Origin: Eutreptiella sp. 'Long Island Sound 2002'
Taxonomy: Eukaryota; Protista; Euglenida
Direction: 5' to 3'
Assembly: GCA_964036045.1 (NCBI GenBank)
Contig: OZ038379.1
Location: forward strand, 39,246,001 to 39,310,000
DNA length: 64,000 bases
The notes beneath the pieces were generated by a model, which was not told the DNA's origin, ran no database searches, and saw only the letters and a program-made list of their open reading frames with translations. Positions 51,601-63,851 of the stretch are shown piece by piece. Both the position numbers and the translations under genes were made by a program. Positions within the stretch are counted from its first letter, which is position 1. The number at the start of each line of letters is the position of its first letter.

Positions 51601-52700
51601 CCACCCCCATGTTTGCTGTTTGTGAACCTCGGTGCGGACCCCCCCGTTTTGCACGCCGAAATGTTAATTAATTATTTAACTCCCGGTTCCATGTTAATTA
51701 ATTAATGAACTCTTGGATCCACCTGAACACATCCTCACACCATTCAACTCATTCACGCTACTCAGCGACGCAGTCCATTTTTGTTCTACCTCGCGGTATG
51801 TTTGCCACATGGAAGCCTACGACACTCGTGTGTTGCGAAGCATGAGATAGGCCGCTATGGCGTCTCATCCCCTCGCAGTTACACTCCTCAAGCGGTGGGA
51901 TGACCAATTCACCCTCGACGTCCTCGCGCAAGCTACAACAGCCTTGGGTGAACTATAGATCAATTAAGCTGCGGGAATCTGTGATGCTCTTCGCTGTGGT
52001 GTCTTGCCGGTCCATTTGCACTCTATTTCATCTTCTGGGCGCGGTTTCCATCCCCAAAGGAATCCTCCTTCGTTGCACGTCGACGTACTATTTTGACGGT
52101 GCTCGAGTAAACTCACACTTTGTTCCTCTGGCCATGGCAGCGCACCCTGGGCTCTTCCAATATCTCCACGACCATGACAATCCATAGGTGATGTCCCTTC
52201 TCTCTGCTTGGTTGCCCGTGGATAAAGCCATGGACACCTTCACGCTACATAGTTCCGTCGCACGCATGTTACAGCGTGACGTTGCCTCCGCGTTAACTTG
52301 CAATAACAAAACTGTTCAGAAGCAAATTGTGAAACCGATCAACAATTTCATCACGCAAACATCGGTCCGACGGCTATGGGATTCCTTCCATCCTCCCGAT
52401 GCACTTCGGATGCCTTGGCATCTACCGCAAGAAGTTTCCGTCACAGTAGCCGCATCCTATCACGGCCCTTTGGTGGTTTTTTGGTATGATCTACTATCCT
52501 GGTCATCCTCCGCCATCCGCATCGGTATTTCCTCTAGGGTTCCCCGTCAAGCCCTTACATTGAATAGCAACGGCCCCCCTCCTTCACGGCCTGTTATGAA
52601 GCATCCATGGTACCGCTGCCGGACCTCTCCCGGTTGAGTGATATCATTGGGGATTCCGAACTATCTTGAGTTACAGCTCCCTCCGTATGCATCCTAAACA
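48700..52700 (+). mobile_element. LINE relic 3: heavily decayed APE-RT element, possibly with RNase H
   Basis: Degenerate motifs in the expected order: VSEHF (APE SDH), KTAVAGGD, ELRPPVPISN, CLDLHLIKGTNDSIS, PPDDDSPLL and later YYFDGA. Many stops and frameshifts. Confidence 0.45.
51100..51420 (+). repeat. ~155-bp tandem duplication
   Basis: gtgcccacttg...ctacact.tcact.gccgcac.cgatgtgtgc.caaca...cttcggaac...aacctcat occurs twice. Confidence 0.85.
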
Positions 52701-53399
52701 GGGCACGTGAGACTATGATGACTCCCTCGCAGTTTTGGAGACGCTTTTCGGCAGGCAAGGTCATTGAGTATTCGGCACATAACGTCCGTTGTGCCACCGC
52801 CTGGCCGGGTTTGGCCTCCGCGACAAGACCCAGGCGTGGCATTCAGCAGTGGCCGTAGCTGCGGATTCTCCGGAGCGCCGCCTGGTTAAAGCGAACAGAC
52901 CACTTCTCTTTGCGGAGCTACGGCGTTTCACTGCGCCTTTGGGGACTGTGAAGAGCGTGTAGCCATGATGCCTCTGCACCGCGCTATAACCTTTTGGGTC
53001 CATGCGGGATCTATGGTGCTGCGTGCCGCATTATTGTCCACGGCGTGCAATGGCAAACCGATCTGATGCAAGAGTTGCCGAGCTTGAGTCCAATGGACAT
53101 TGGTTCTGAGTGCGAAGTGTCCTCCATGGGACCCGAAAGGTGGTGAATTATACCTGGCTACGGCGAAGCCATGGGAAACTGCGGTGGAGGCCGGTCGCAA
53201 TCTTGATCTCAAAATCTTGCTATCTGAGCGTCACTTACGGCTCAAAGGCCACTCGAACCATCTAGTAGCTATTTTTCGCCCAGGTTTCCCCGAGGATAGC
53301 TGGGGCTCGGAGTGTCTCCAAATTCGTCGATGGCAATGCGGGTTTTGTCCCGTAAAGCAATGCATGAGAGGTATTTTGCGTCGTCTATTAGTCCTCAAC

Positions 53400-56300
53400 C
53401 TATTCCCAAACCTTGAATGGGCAAGCAGCGGAGGCACACTTCTCTGCATCCGGCATCTGTGTGTGGCGCGTCAAAGCCTTTTCGGCCCCCATGAATTTCA
53501 ATGTTCAAACAGCAAAAATCATGTCTACGCAATCGGCCAATAAATCTACCGTCCCATCCTTGCCCACACCCGATTCCCATGAACATCCATCCGGGCCTTC
53601 TATGGTTGACCTCACCGTGGACCAAACCACCTCCGACTTATTTGTTGATGACCTGCCTCTCAAGTTTGATGCCTTCTCTAACAACTCCGATGAGGAGTGT
53701 CGTGGACTCCTCGCAGAACTGCAGAACGTCCGATCTCCGTTAGACCATCTTCGCACGTACTCGTCGCAACAAGAAGGCCGCCCGGAAAAAACCAAATGGC
53801 TAGAAGCAATGGCCTCCACCAACGACTCCCACATAAACGATGTACCCACTCTACACGAACGCACTTGTGCCCTGGCATCGGATCTCAATGCGGCTCAAGC
53901 GGAGGTTTAGAGACTTCATTCCATTAAACGAGGCCCGATACTTCAATCCATTAAACGAGGCCCCCTAGATGTCCGTCTTCTACTGGGTATTTTGAGGGCT
54001 GTCCACGCCCATCCGGACCTACCGCACGAACCCATTTTGCGGGCACTCATTAGTGCCCTTCCACGAGGTAAATATCAATTACCTTCGGTTTCCTCTCCAC
54101 TTTTCTTATGGTCAATCCCCCTTATTGTGGCTATCGTGTCCATATCGGAGCCTCGGGACATCGACTCCAAACCCCTAGTACGTTCCCTCCGTCCGGCAAA
54201 AATAGTCAATTTAGAACTCCCTGAGGTTACGCCCCCTTCACCCCAGAAACCCTCTGTGAATGCATCTCCTACCCCCTCCAGCTCCCTCCAAGATGCCACT
54301 CCGGTGACCCTGGCTACTGGTACGCCCACATCTCTCCTCCCTGCCCCCACTCTGTCCCCCAACCCCCCTACCAAGGGCACATTCCTAGCACGTTTCCTTC
54401 AATGGCTTAACAGTGTCTCGCCGTCACAGGAAAATGTGGAGGCACGCCGCTTTCATCTTTTCCTTAATCTGTCCTGTCCCCAAGACACCCCGACCCCGGG
54501 CTTTTCTCGCGATTCCTTATACGCACAATGGGAGTTACTCTCCAAACACGTCGACACTCATGAAATTTGATCTCAGGAGGTTTTCGGCTTCCTTGCCAGC
54601 ATGGAAACACAATCCCCCATTCAGCATTTGGCGGCGGATGATAAGGGTGGTGAGGCCTTGCAACAGAACAACCAAAAAGGCAGCGCCGGGTCCGCCAAAT
54701 CCACCGGAAATTTTTGGGGGCGGCCCAGATCCCAGCATTTATTTGTTTGCAATCTACGTACGGTGATCAGTGTACCCCGGACAACCTACCTCATGAGCTC
54801 GGCCAAATTGGTTGCGCTGCTCAAGGATGTTTTCAGGCGAAATGAGGCGTGCTTCATCATTGACGACCTCGTCAAAGGTCAGGCTAATGGCTCAAAACCG
54901 GGGTACACGGGCATTGGTGCCAAACCCACAGCACAATAGCACGCAGGGCAGCCCCGCACTGTGGATGACAGTGCCTTCCTCCTTACCATCCAAAGAGCCG
55001 TCAGGCAATCGTGAGACCTTGGACTAAGGGTTCACAACCGGCAGCCAAAAGGCCACGGACCCAAGAATCCCCGTCCCCCAAAGCCCCCTCAACCCCTGGG
55101 CCACTGTACCCGCCTCATGTGTACACCTCCCCTAGGGCCCCGGCGGCGTACCCTTATTAGTATGCTCCCTACCAGCCGGCGACAGCCGCCTATACAATGC
55201 CAACCCCCCCCCCCCCCCTCCGGTGTCTTCTCTTAGTAGTGCGTACCCCACTTTCCCTATCGGTCCACCCCCAACGAACCCAAGAAACGGTCAGTAAAAA
55301 GCCTCCCCTCTCGTCCCCTCATCTTCTAAGCGCTGATGACGAAAGCAATGGCAAGTCTGCATGTGTGCTTCGCTCCATTCGCGAATCTCTTGTTGCCGCT
55401 GTCAACCCAGAAATGCGCACCAAGCAGTGGGGGCTGATTATTGATCCGAAGGGGCACCCCTTTGGTTTTGACGATATACCGGCCCCCGTCGGTTCCCTGC
55501 CCTATCTTCGGGCAGGAATTTGTCATGTGGTTGCTTTGTTGGGGCAGGTATACGACCTTTAAACGCTTGACGGGCATGGCTACAAACATGGTTTTCAGCC
55601 AGTTGCGTGGGTGGCATCAGCTTGTTGCCTCCCGGGCTTTGGACATGCAGTGCTACCCAGCTTCCACAAATGGTGATAGCATGGAGAAGCACCACCCACA
55701 AGCATTGACAAGCATTGGAGGTTTGCGCCCGGCATAGGGCAACACCCATGAGGTGCTGGCCACCCTAGGGGGGGGGGGGGCTCTCTTCACAGTGCCATTA
55801 GGCGGGGGAGGAGTGGCCGGATAAAATCAGGGAAAAACATGCGGCATGGATTAAGTGATCGTCATCGGGAGCGTGATCATTATTCAAAATTGGCAGCAAA
55901 CAGAGGGTGTTGGCCAATTGCGGGTTCCCGTCCAGCGCATTGGACAAGCCATACCAAGCATAGGGGAAGAAAAGAGCCGGGGGTGGGGGGGATAGGACCG
56001 CGTCCATCGGAGGGTTTTGCCCGGCATAGGGCACCACCCACAAGCAGCGCATGGGGGGGGGGGACCTCGGAACCCCTTCTTGCCCCCACACGCTACTCCC
56101 TGGAGGGTACCTCAACTATGGGTGACTCAACTAGAGCTAGGAAAAAGAAGAGGGTGCATGGGCGCCCGCCGGTATCCGAAAAGCTGCCGGCGACCCTGTG
56201 AAATCAACTTGAAACCCTATGGTGCTTCGCGCCACAAGCACCAACACCGTTAGTACACTGCCGAAGGCGGTGCCCGGGCCCTGTCGTGGGGCTTCGCACG

Positions 56301-58285
56301 CCGCACCCGGCCTGCGCAACTGTCCTCTATTTCGCGGCCTAGATTGGGCGAGCGGTGTAGGACTCATCCCGGCGGGTGATGTACTTAAGCAGCACACGGG
56401 AGCCGGACCGGGGTGCAGGCTACTCCAAAAGCGGCCCCATCAAAAAAGGTGCCGGAAAGAGGGCGTCCGCATGCGTACGCATGGCTTGCACTTTGCTTTT
56501 GTGGACCGCCGGGAGGGGAGTGTGAGCCATGGCCTCCGAGAAACGGGCCGAGCTGAGGGGGGACACTGATATTCATTGGGCCAACAGGTCGGCACACTTG
56601 CCGTCCCTAAGACTAGTAGGAGCAGTGAGCTGAACAAGCGTCATGTTGTCAATGTCAATGAGCTCGGTGAAAACGGAGTAAGGGCAAGACACAACAAAAA
56701 ATGTGGGCAAGGCAGCGTTTATACACCCTATTGCTTGGACGGCTTTGGAAGACCGGCCAGTCGCCTAGTTGGACGCAGCGAAGCTCATCCACCGGTTGGG
56801 TTGCCGCTACTCGATCCGCCTCCCTCGCCACATGATAAGCCGGGAGGAGTACAAACCGCCCCCAAATTGGCAAGCTGTGCGGCACGTTGCATTCCACCGT
56901 TAGTGACGTGGTTCTCATCGGGCCCCTGGCGGCGTGGAACCGGCAGTGCCGCTGCTCATCCCCCCCCTAAAGGGTGGCAGCGGAATCACCGTTGGCATCG
57001 GCAGCAGCGGCACGTTTGCCGGGTCCTCCCCAATGGGGACACACGCAACGGGTCCGGCACCATCCTCGTACCACAGCTGTACAGCCAAATTGTGGGGCCT
57101 TTAGCCACCCCCTTCGGGTCATGCCGCTGGACACCCATATATATAAACCCATCGACTCCCCTCTCCCTAGTCCCCTAATTCTTGCAACTCCTAGGCGAGT
57201 GGGCCGATTCCGCCGACGTTGCGGGCGTGGGCGACTCGGGACGGGGCGCAAAGCATGGTAGGGACACATCCCCCTCTTCTTCCAGCCCCCCCCCCCCCCG
57301 TTTACTTGCAAGCATCCCCTCACAAATGGACGGCGGCAGTTTGGCGGTCCTTCGGCCAGTGCTGCTGTCCATGTGGTTCAGCAGCCCGGCAAGACACGGT
57401 ATGTTTCCCCGGACGATCGCCCCATCTACCTGCTCCCACATCCATGGCTCTACGGGCACCTCTCTACTCCGCACAGGGCCTACCCCAAGCCCTGCTAGCG
57501 AACCCAGTGTACTTTTGACCCATCATCAACCGGCACCGCCCTGGAAGCGGAGCTCCACCTGGCGGCTGCAAAGGTTGCCAAGACCTGTCTCACCGGTTGA
57601 GCTGTTGTCAGGCTGGGGGCACGGCTCCCCTCCTCGGTAGAGCCTACCACCTTGGCCCGCTCCACCATATGAGCCAGTGGTTCAATGCCCTCCGGTGCAC
57701 AGTCCGCACCCCCCAATTTAATTACCGCCGTCTCCGCTGGAGTCATCGCCGTATCCAACCCTACTTTACTCCGCTCACCATGGGGAGAGGCATTGCCGTC
57801 CTCTCCCCGCGGCGGGCCTCCACAGCAACCTAGATGGCTCTCACAACTTGTTCAACACAAGGAGCTTCAGGTGCTAGTGTAGCTCCTTGCTCTCGAACGT
57901 CACCTGTGTCCGCGGCAAGGGTTGGCACCATGGATGCAGACGGTCCCGTCATGCTCGGCGACCGTGTGTGTGGGACACGAGGGACCTCTGCCTTCATCTT
58001 GGCCCCGGTCTACGCCCACGGTCTCCTCTCAACATAATGCGGTCCACCGCCACTTGCGGCCGTGTACCACTGACATAAGCTGCGGTCGGTGTAATTTTGA
58101 GGCCCCGCTGCCCGTACACCACCCGCGGTATAGCTGCGCTGCCCATGACCCCGGGCACTCCCCTATAGCCACTCGGCACACGCATTCCCGGCAGCTAGTA
58201 AGCTGGGTGCGCCTCGTGCTACGCTGGGGCTTGCCACCCCGGCATTCGCACCGGGGAGGCGGGAACCGCTTGCGCTGGCGGGTGT
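53400..58285 (+). mobile_element. LINE relic 4: ORF1-like frames, partial APE start, decayed RT and C-terminal CCHC, cut by the TIR element
   Basis: LFVCNLR...KLVALL (APE start, about 54740), KGHPFGFDDIPA (about 55450), SALDKPYQ, GTSEPLLAPTRYSL (domain 4), EINLK, and CGRCNFEAPLPVHHPRYSC (about 58080-58140). Confidence 0.45.
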
Positions 58286-58310
58286 GGGGTGTCCCATAGC
58301 TACGGGGTGC

Positions 58311-58650
58311 ATAGTAACCCCCCCTTACTGAGTTGGATAATGACCACCCCCCCATGCATGTGTCCCACTTGAAATTTTCCACTTTTGGTGATGCAATACA
58401 CTACCCTACATCCACTCAAGAGGTGTATAACTTTCCCCCCTCCAAACTCCATGACACCACAATTTGTGGAAACCACCCAAAACTCAGTGACCCCCCCTTG
58501 CTTACCCCCTTACTTACTCAGTAACCCAACTCAGTAAGGGGGTTTACTGACCCCCTTACTGCCTCATAAACCACCTTGCTGCCATAGTAACCCCCCTTAC
58601 TGAACCCCCTTACTTCCTTAGTAACCCCCTTACTGACACCCCTTAATGAG
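58311..58650 (+). repeat. Left subterminal repeat array (catagtaaccccccttactga-like)
   Basis: Multiple copies of taacccccYttact and ccccttactga. Confidence 0.9.
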
Positions 58651-60579
58651 TTTTGACCAAAGCAACATCGGAGCACAAAAATCAAGCAAATATCATATGT
58701 ATCACTCTGCCCTTGGCCTACCTCATTTGTACACCCACTGAGAGTGCATCAGTGTTGACCACGTGGGCCTTGCCACGGCGCGTCACTCCCGGCCTCTTTA
58801 GGCACCACCCTCTCATAGAATTTTTCAACCGGATCTCAAAGGTCCGTTTTCAGTACTCGATGGGGATGCTTGAGAACATGTACAAAGACTTGTACATCCC
58901 CAAAATTTTCTGACTGTGACATGCGGCCCAATGGGCCCATGGTGTGGGCTTCCACCCCAAGGCAGCCCAACACTCACCAAATTGACGGGCGTGGTCCTGA
59001 GCTTGGGCAACTTGAGTGGGGGTTAAGTTTTCCTTTTCCCGCCACAAACTGTACATAGATGCGAAAGACCACATCAATAGCTAAATGGCATTGTGGGCAC
59101 GCACCCCACTTTTTGCGACCACTTCCAACGGGAAGTGGTTGCTCAAAATCGCAACCAACTTCTTTTGCGTTTCGCGATTCCTCCAAAATATGGCACTGGA
59201 GGTCAATCCAAACTTGCCTTCCTTCCTTTGTTTTTGCTGCGAGCGTTCCGCAGGTGGGATAGCGTCACCTTCGGCTTGTACATGCTGCCAAAGAGCTTGT
59301 AATTGTTTTATAGCCTCGCGCTTCCTGCGGTCGGCTGTAACCCACTCCTCAACCATCCAACCTACCCGTGTCACAATGGCATTTACAACACGGCAGGCGC
59401 AGTGATTGCAATCATCAATGCGACGCTTTGGTGGGACGGAAGTAAGAAAAGAGCCCCATCAATAGAGCGCCTCAAAAAATCGGTGGGAACCATGCTGCCC
59501 ACATAGCCATACACCCAACACTTTCCCCCGGGATTGCTGACTAACATCAACTTTCCATTCCCAGTGAGAAAGACCTCAAAGGTATACCTTCTCCCCCCCC
59601 CCCACCACATTATGTCCCGATCCCTCTCAAGGTCCTCCACCTGCTTGTTTAGGCCGGCAACATGGTCGACGGCACGGAGACATCTTCCATCGTCAGGACC
59701 ATCAAGAGCCCACCATGTGGCCCACCGTCTTACATCCCCGGCTTGGCCAGGGGCCCCCCACATGTGGACGTAGACATCGCACCGTGTGGCCGTTGTGCGC
59801 TGTGCGCTGCCCCCACACACTTTCCGCCTGCATGACACGACCCCGCACACGTCTTTGCCGACCGCGTGGGCTGCAACCCGTGCCCATGGGGGGGGGCCCA
59901 CTGGGTCACTCACGTTGTAGTCTACGGGGACTGTGGACAACCCTGCAAACGCAAGCACACGCGGAAGGGCATCCATGTCACCCGGGGAAGGGAGGTCCAA
60001 GGCCTTAGGAATACCCCCCCCCCCCCAATGGACGAGTAGACTGTGGATTGTTGGGGGCACCTTTGTCCCTCGGTAGAATCTCGAGGTTTTGGCTTTTGAG
60101 CGCCGAAGTGAACAACACCATGCAACGGTGCCATCCACAATTTCTGGGTTTTATTGACTTGGGAACCGATTTCTTGATCAAGCACCTTTGTCAAATGAGC
60201 ATACTCTAAGAAGGGGAGGCGGACTTGGAAGCAAGGCACTTGGGGGTGGCGGGTGGCGATGCCGAGGATAAAATCCGACGGCACACACGGTTGGCGTTTG
60301 TCGAATAGGGGGAAACTCACCTTGACTGAACCAAAATCTGTGTCACCTAGAAACTCCACAAACTCGGATGCATGCTTCACGACCACACCATGCTCCACAA
60401 ATCTGCCCCCCCCCCCCCATATCCACACGTCCCCACAAGGCCAGCCACGTGTTTGACCCACGTGAGGATGGGCGGAAAGCCAGCCAACAGCCCAGCCATC
60501 GCAGCAAGCCACCACAAAAAGTCTGAAAGGAGAGCGAGCGCGTGGATGCAAAGCAAAGTACAAAACTCAGCAAGGGGGG

Positions 60580-60930
60580 TCCGTAAGGGGTTACTATGTC
60601 AGTAAGGGGAGGAAGTTACTATGTCAGCAAGGGGGGGGTTACTATATCAGTAAGGGGGTTACTAACTCAGTAAGGGAGGTCAGTAAGGGGGGTTACTGCT
60701 CAGTAAGGGGGTTGTTGACCCAAGGTCCGTAACTCTTACCGACCCAAATGGGGGGGGGGTTACTGACGTGTTTTCAACTTTGCCTACCGAAGGCATACGG
60801 GCAGGGAGACACATGTACTACCCTAATTTGCATATGGAGAACACAAATTTGTTCCTAGGTTGAAGCAATCTAGGTTGTTGTGGTAATAACTACGATATCC
60901 ATGTTGGGGGGGTTACTATGCTCCCCCTTA
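60580..60930 (-). repeat. Right subterminal repeat array (cagtaaggggggttactatg), inverse of the left array
   Basis: About 8 copies of cagtaagggg..ttact at 60580-60770, plus one beside the TIR. Confidence 0.9.
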
Positions 60931-61217
60931 CTGTGGGACACCCCATGCATGGCCGGTATGGCATCCGTCAGCGGTGGGCCACGCGATTGTTGTGCCTACA
61001 TGTGGACGCAGGGGACCATTGTCGCTCTGACCTACATTGCCATGAGTGGTGCCATTGGTGGCGGGACCGGGGCGATGGGAGGTGGTTGGGAATGGGCTTC
61101 TCTGACTGGGTGGTGAGAAGATGGTGATGATGACGAACCGGGGTAGCCATGCTACTGATTTGAGGACTTCTGTGTCGAACTGCGACACTATGGCACCAAT
61201 CTAGTGGGACCGAGTGT

Positions 61218-61634
61218 GTGAAGACCTTGCTGATGGGCTTCCAGCAGATTGTACGGGAAGGAGGTATGCAGAGCAAGAAGAGGAGGCCACCCAACCAGAG
61301 CAAGAGGACGGTGAATCCCAGAAGCGCCCCCCCCCCCCCCCAAAAGGCAACCGGCAAGCAAGCGGACGGCACCCCAACCAAGGCTAAAAAATCAAAGGCT
61401 GGAGCAAGCCCCTCACAGCAAAGCCCCAAGCCTGGTGCAAAGCCTCCACCCAACAAGGCGCTGGGCACGTTTGCAGCCCACTTCGCACCGTCCCAGCAGA
61501 CACAGAATGGACGTGGTGCCACTAGTAGCGCTGACAGTGAGATGTCTGGTGACCAAGCAGGACAGGCAAATGGTGGGCAGTTTCCTGGTAAGGGTGCCAA
61601 ACCAAAGGCACCTGGCTTGAAGAAGCGGCGATAG
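61218..61634 (+). CDS. Low-complexity Lys/Pro/Gln-rich ORF, possibly an exon of an unknown gene
   Basis: 138-aa open frame ending KKRR-stop. No domain recognised. Confidence 0.25.
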   Translation: MKTLLMGFQQIVREGGMQSKKRRPPNQSKRTVNPRSAPPPPQKATGKQADGTPTKAKKSKAGASPSQQSPKPGAKPPPNKALGTFAAHFAPSQQTQNGRGATSSADSEMSGDQAGQANGGQFPGKGAKPKAPGLKKRR

Positions 61635-63479
61635 AGTGACAGTGGTGTGTGCTGTGACTGCTGTGTTGTATGTTCTCCCTGTTACACGTCACAATGGGGT
61701 TGTGCGCTGTCTCTGCAGATACCATTGACGTCTTGAGCACTGTTTTTTGGTGTTTTACTAAAGCTGGAAGAAATTTCGCCCAGGTTTAGGTATTTCTTGG
61801 AATACACGGTTCGTTTTTACATTTTTGCAAAGCTGGACTAAATTTCGCCCAGAGGTCTCATTAATGGCAAATACAGACCTTGATTATGATGCATGAATTT
61901 GAGTGACTGTCAATTGACAGTTTTTTGGGCACACACAGGGTGCAGCAACCCTTGCCAAGTGTGTGCTGCCCTACTTCTTACACTGCATTGCTTCGCAGGT
62001 TGATACATTTGTGTGTAACACAGAAAGGTCTGTTGTGTTGCTGAAACATGCATTCTTCCTCTGCTTTTCCAGTATGCATACATGCTTATTGTGTTTTAAC
62101 AACTACGATGTGGTTACATGACAATGGCATTTTAGGTAAATAGAGATACTCATTTTTTCCTCTCAAGAGCAAGGGGTCCCCTAGGTGCAAAATTCATACC
62201 ATGTTTTTTTTGGGGGGGGCGGGTACAGGATGGCCCCTTGGACCCCAGCCTGTGGGTAGGGGGGTGGGCAGTTGGCGTGGCCTAAGCATCTGGTGGTGAT
62301 GATGATGAACCAACATAACAAGATGGTGATGGTGATGACAGTCCGGGGCCCGGGGAGACGGTTGTGGGCTGGTTTGCGGGACTGGGTGTTGAGGAAGATG
62401 GTGATGAACATGTTGAACGGGGGTAATAAAATGGTGATGATGATGATGAACTTGAGCAGTCCAATGGTGGTGATGCTAGAGAACGGGTGGCGGTGAGAGC
62501 GGCACGGGCGGGACGGGCAATCCCATCTGCAGGGCGGTGAAGAGCGTGTGCATATGTGCCCTGGGTTCCAAGCCCGCCGGCCCTGCCATGGCTTGCCTTG
62601 CCTAGCGCGGATGGTCCAGCGGGCCGTACGCCGTCCGGAGGTGGTGGACTAGCCTTCAGAGCATGCTCTCCTCCTCGAGCAGTTGTTGCACGTTTGGCGC
62701 ATTATATGGCGGGTGACCCGTGTCAGGCGGCTGTTTACGCACATGACTTTGTGGTTCGGGGAGGCGTAAAAAGGGCCCCCCGAAATTTTGGATTTTGAAC
62801 CCCTCGAAAGTGAGTTCCTAATTGGCGTTTGTTGTGGTTAGAGGAAACCTTAGTACCCAGGTTCTGTGTGATTGAATCTACCACCAACACGGAAAACCCT
62901 TCCCCGCATGAAAACACACATCGCTGCAGGGCGGGGGGGGGGGGTATTTGTTAGCTTATGTATGTCCGCTGCGCTGATGCGTGCTTTTTTTTTAAAGTTG
63001 CTCGTTTGACCAATGGTTCTAGGGGTTTTCAAAACCAATTCTGCAACCCAAAAGTAGGTTGTAGGGCGCCTTTTCAAGTTTTTTGAAGTTGCACGCCCTT
63101 CTATGTGTTGCACACATGTCCTTCAGGAGACCCGATTCTTATTGTTCATTCATCACTCATACACATGTACCACCGGTGCCCAGCATAGAACATTGGAAGA
63201 GAGACCAATATTGTCCGGTTACCGGTGGCAATTTTAGGAATTCTGTACCGACGTGCATGCGATATGCTTCGGTCCGTCGCTTGGAAGTTTTCGAAAACCC
63301 TTGTAAGGATGCTCGGAAGTTTTGGCAGCCAGATCGGGTCCCAAAACGCAACCGATATCGGTAGGAATGTTCCATGGGCTTCCCAGCCGACCGTGCCGGG
63401 GGAGCTCGGAAGAAATTTTTCAGCCCGAACCCAGTGGAATTTTGGTTGGATGCTTGGTGCCTACCTTGCCTGCAAGATG

Positions 63480-63740
63480 CCATGGAGAACAGCACGTTGA
63501 AGCTAATGTTTGTCTACCCTTTGTCTGCTTTGCCTACAAAACTGCATGGAGAACACTGTGCTCAAGCTTATGATTGCTTCCCCTTTGTGCTCCTTTGTGA
63601 ATTTGGACTTTTGCTTTTGACATGTGCCACGCCAGTTTGATCCTTGGTGGCTGCTTTGCCCCTAAACTTGCATCGAGAACACTGTACTCAAGCTGATGAA
63701 TGTTTGCCCTTTGTGCCTTGTGAAGCTTTGTTCCTGCTTT
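63480..63740 (+). repeat. Three diverged copies of a ~45-bp motif (gcatggagaacactgtgctcaagct.atga.tg...ccctttgt)
   Basis: Copies near 63480, 63543 and 63670. Confidence 0.7.
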
Positions 63741-63851
63741 TGTGGTTTTCTTTTTGCATGTGTGTCGCTTTCTCACCTAGGCCCCTTTGAGTAGACTCAC
63801 TAATGTATTCCATTTTTGTGCTCAGAACACTTTTTGTCACCTGCAAGAGAC

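Larger units (their letters stand above)
58286..60944 (-). mobile_element. Complete-length TIR DNA transposon (~2.66 kb) with a decayed CMC/Transib/RAG1-like DDE transposase
   Basis: The left end ggggtgtcccatagctacggggtgcatagtaaccccccc and the reverse-complemented right end ggggtgtcccacagtaagggggagcatagtaaccccccc are inverted repeats. Minus-strand frames at about 60560-58700 give VVSC, FLTG(N)GKLM...KCWV(Y), IDDCNHCACR, KPTPWAHWAACH and FSSIPIEY. Confidence 0.8.

Noticed and set aside
35500-58300. DIRS/tyrosine-recombinase elements, LTR integrase or Fanzor/TnpB nuclease
   Set aside because: No convincing R-H-R-Y, HHCC-DDE integrase or RuvC motif series was found. The recognisable motifs fit non-LTR RT, APE and RNase H.
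62270-62500. Met/Val-rich ORF 62272-62496
   Set aside because: It is a product of a degenerate (GAT/GGT)n low-complexity tract.
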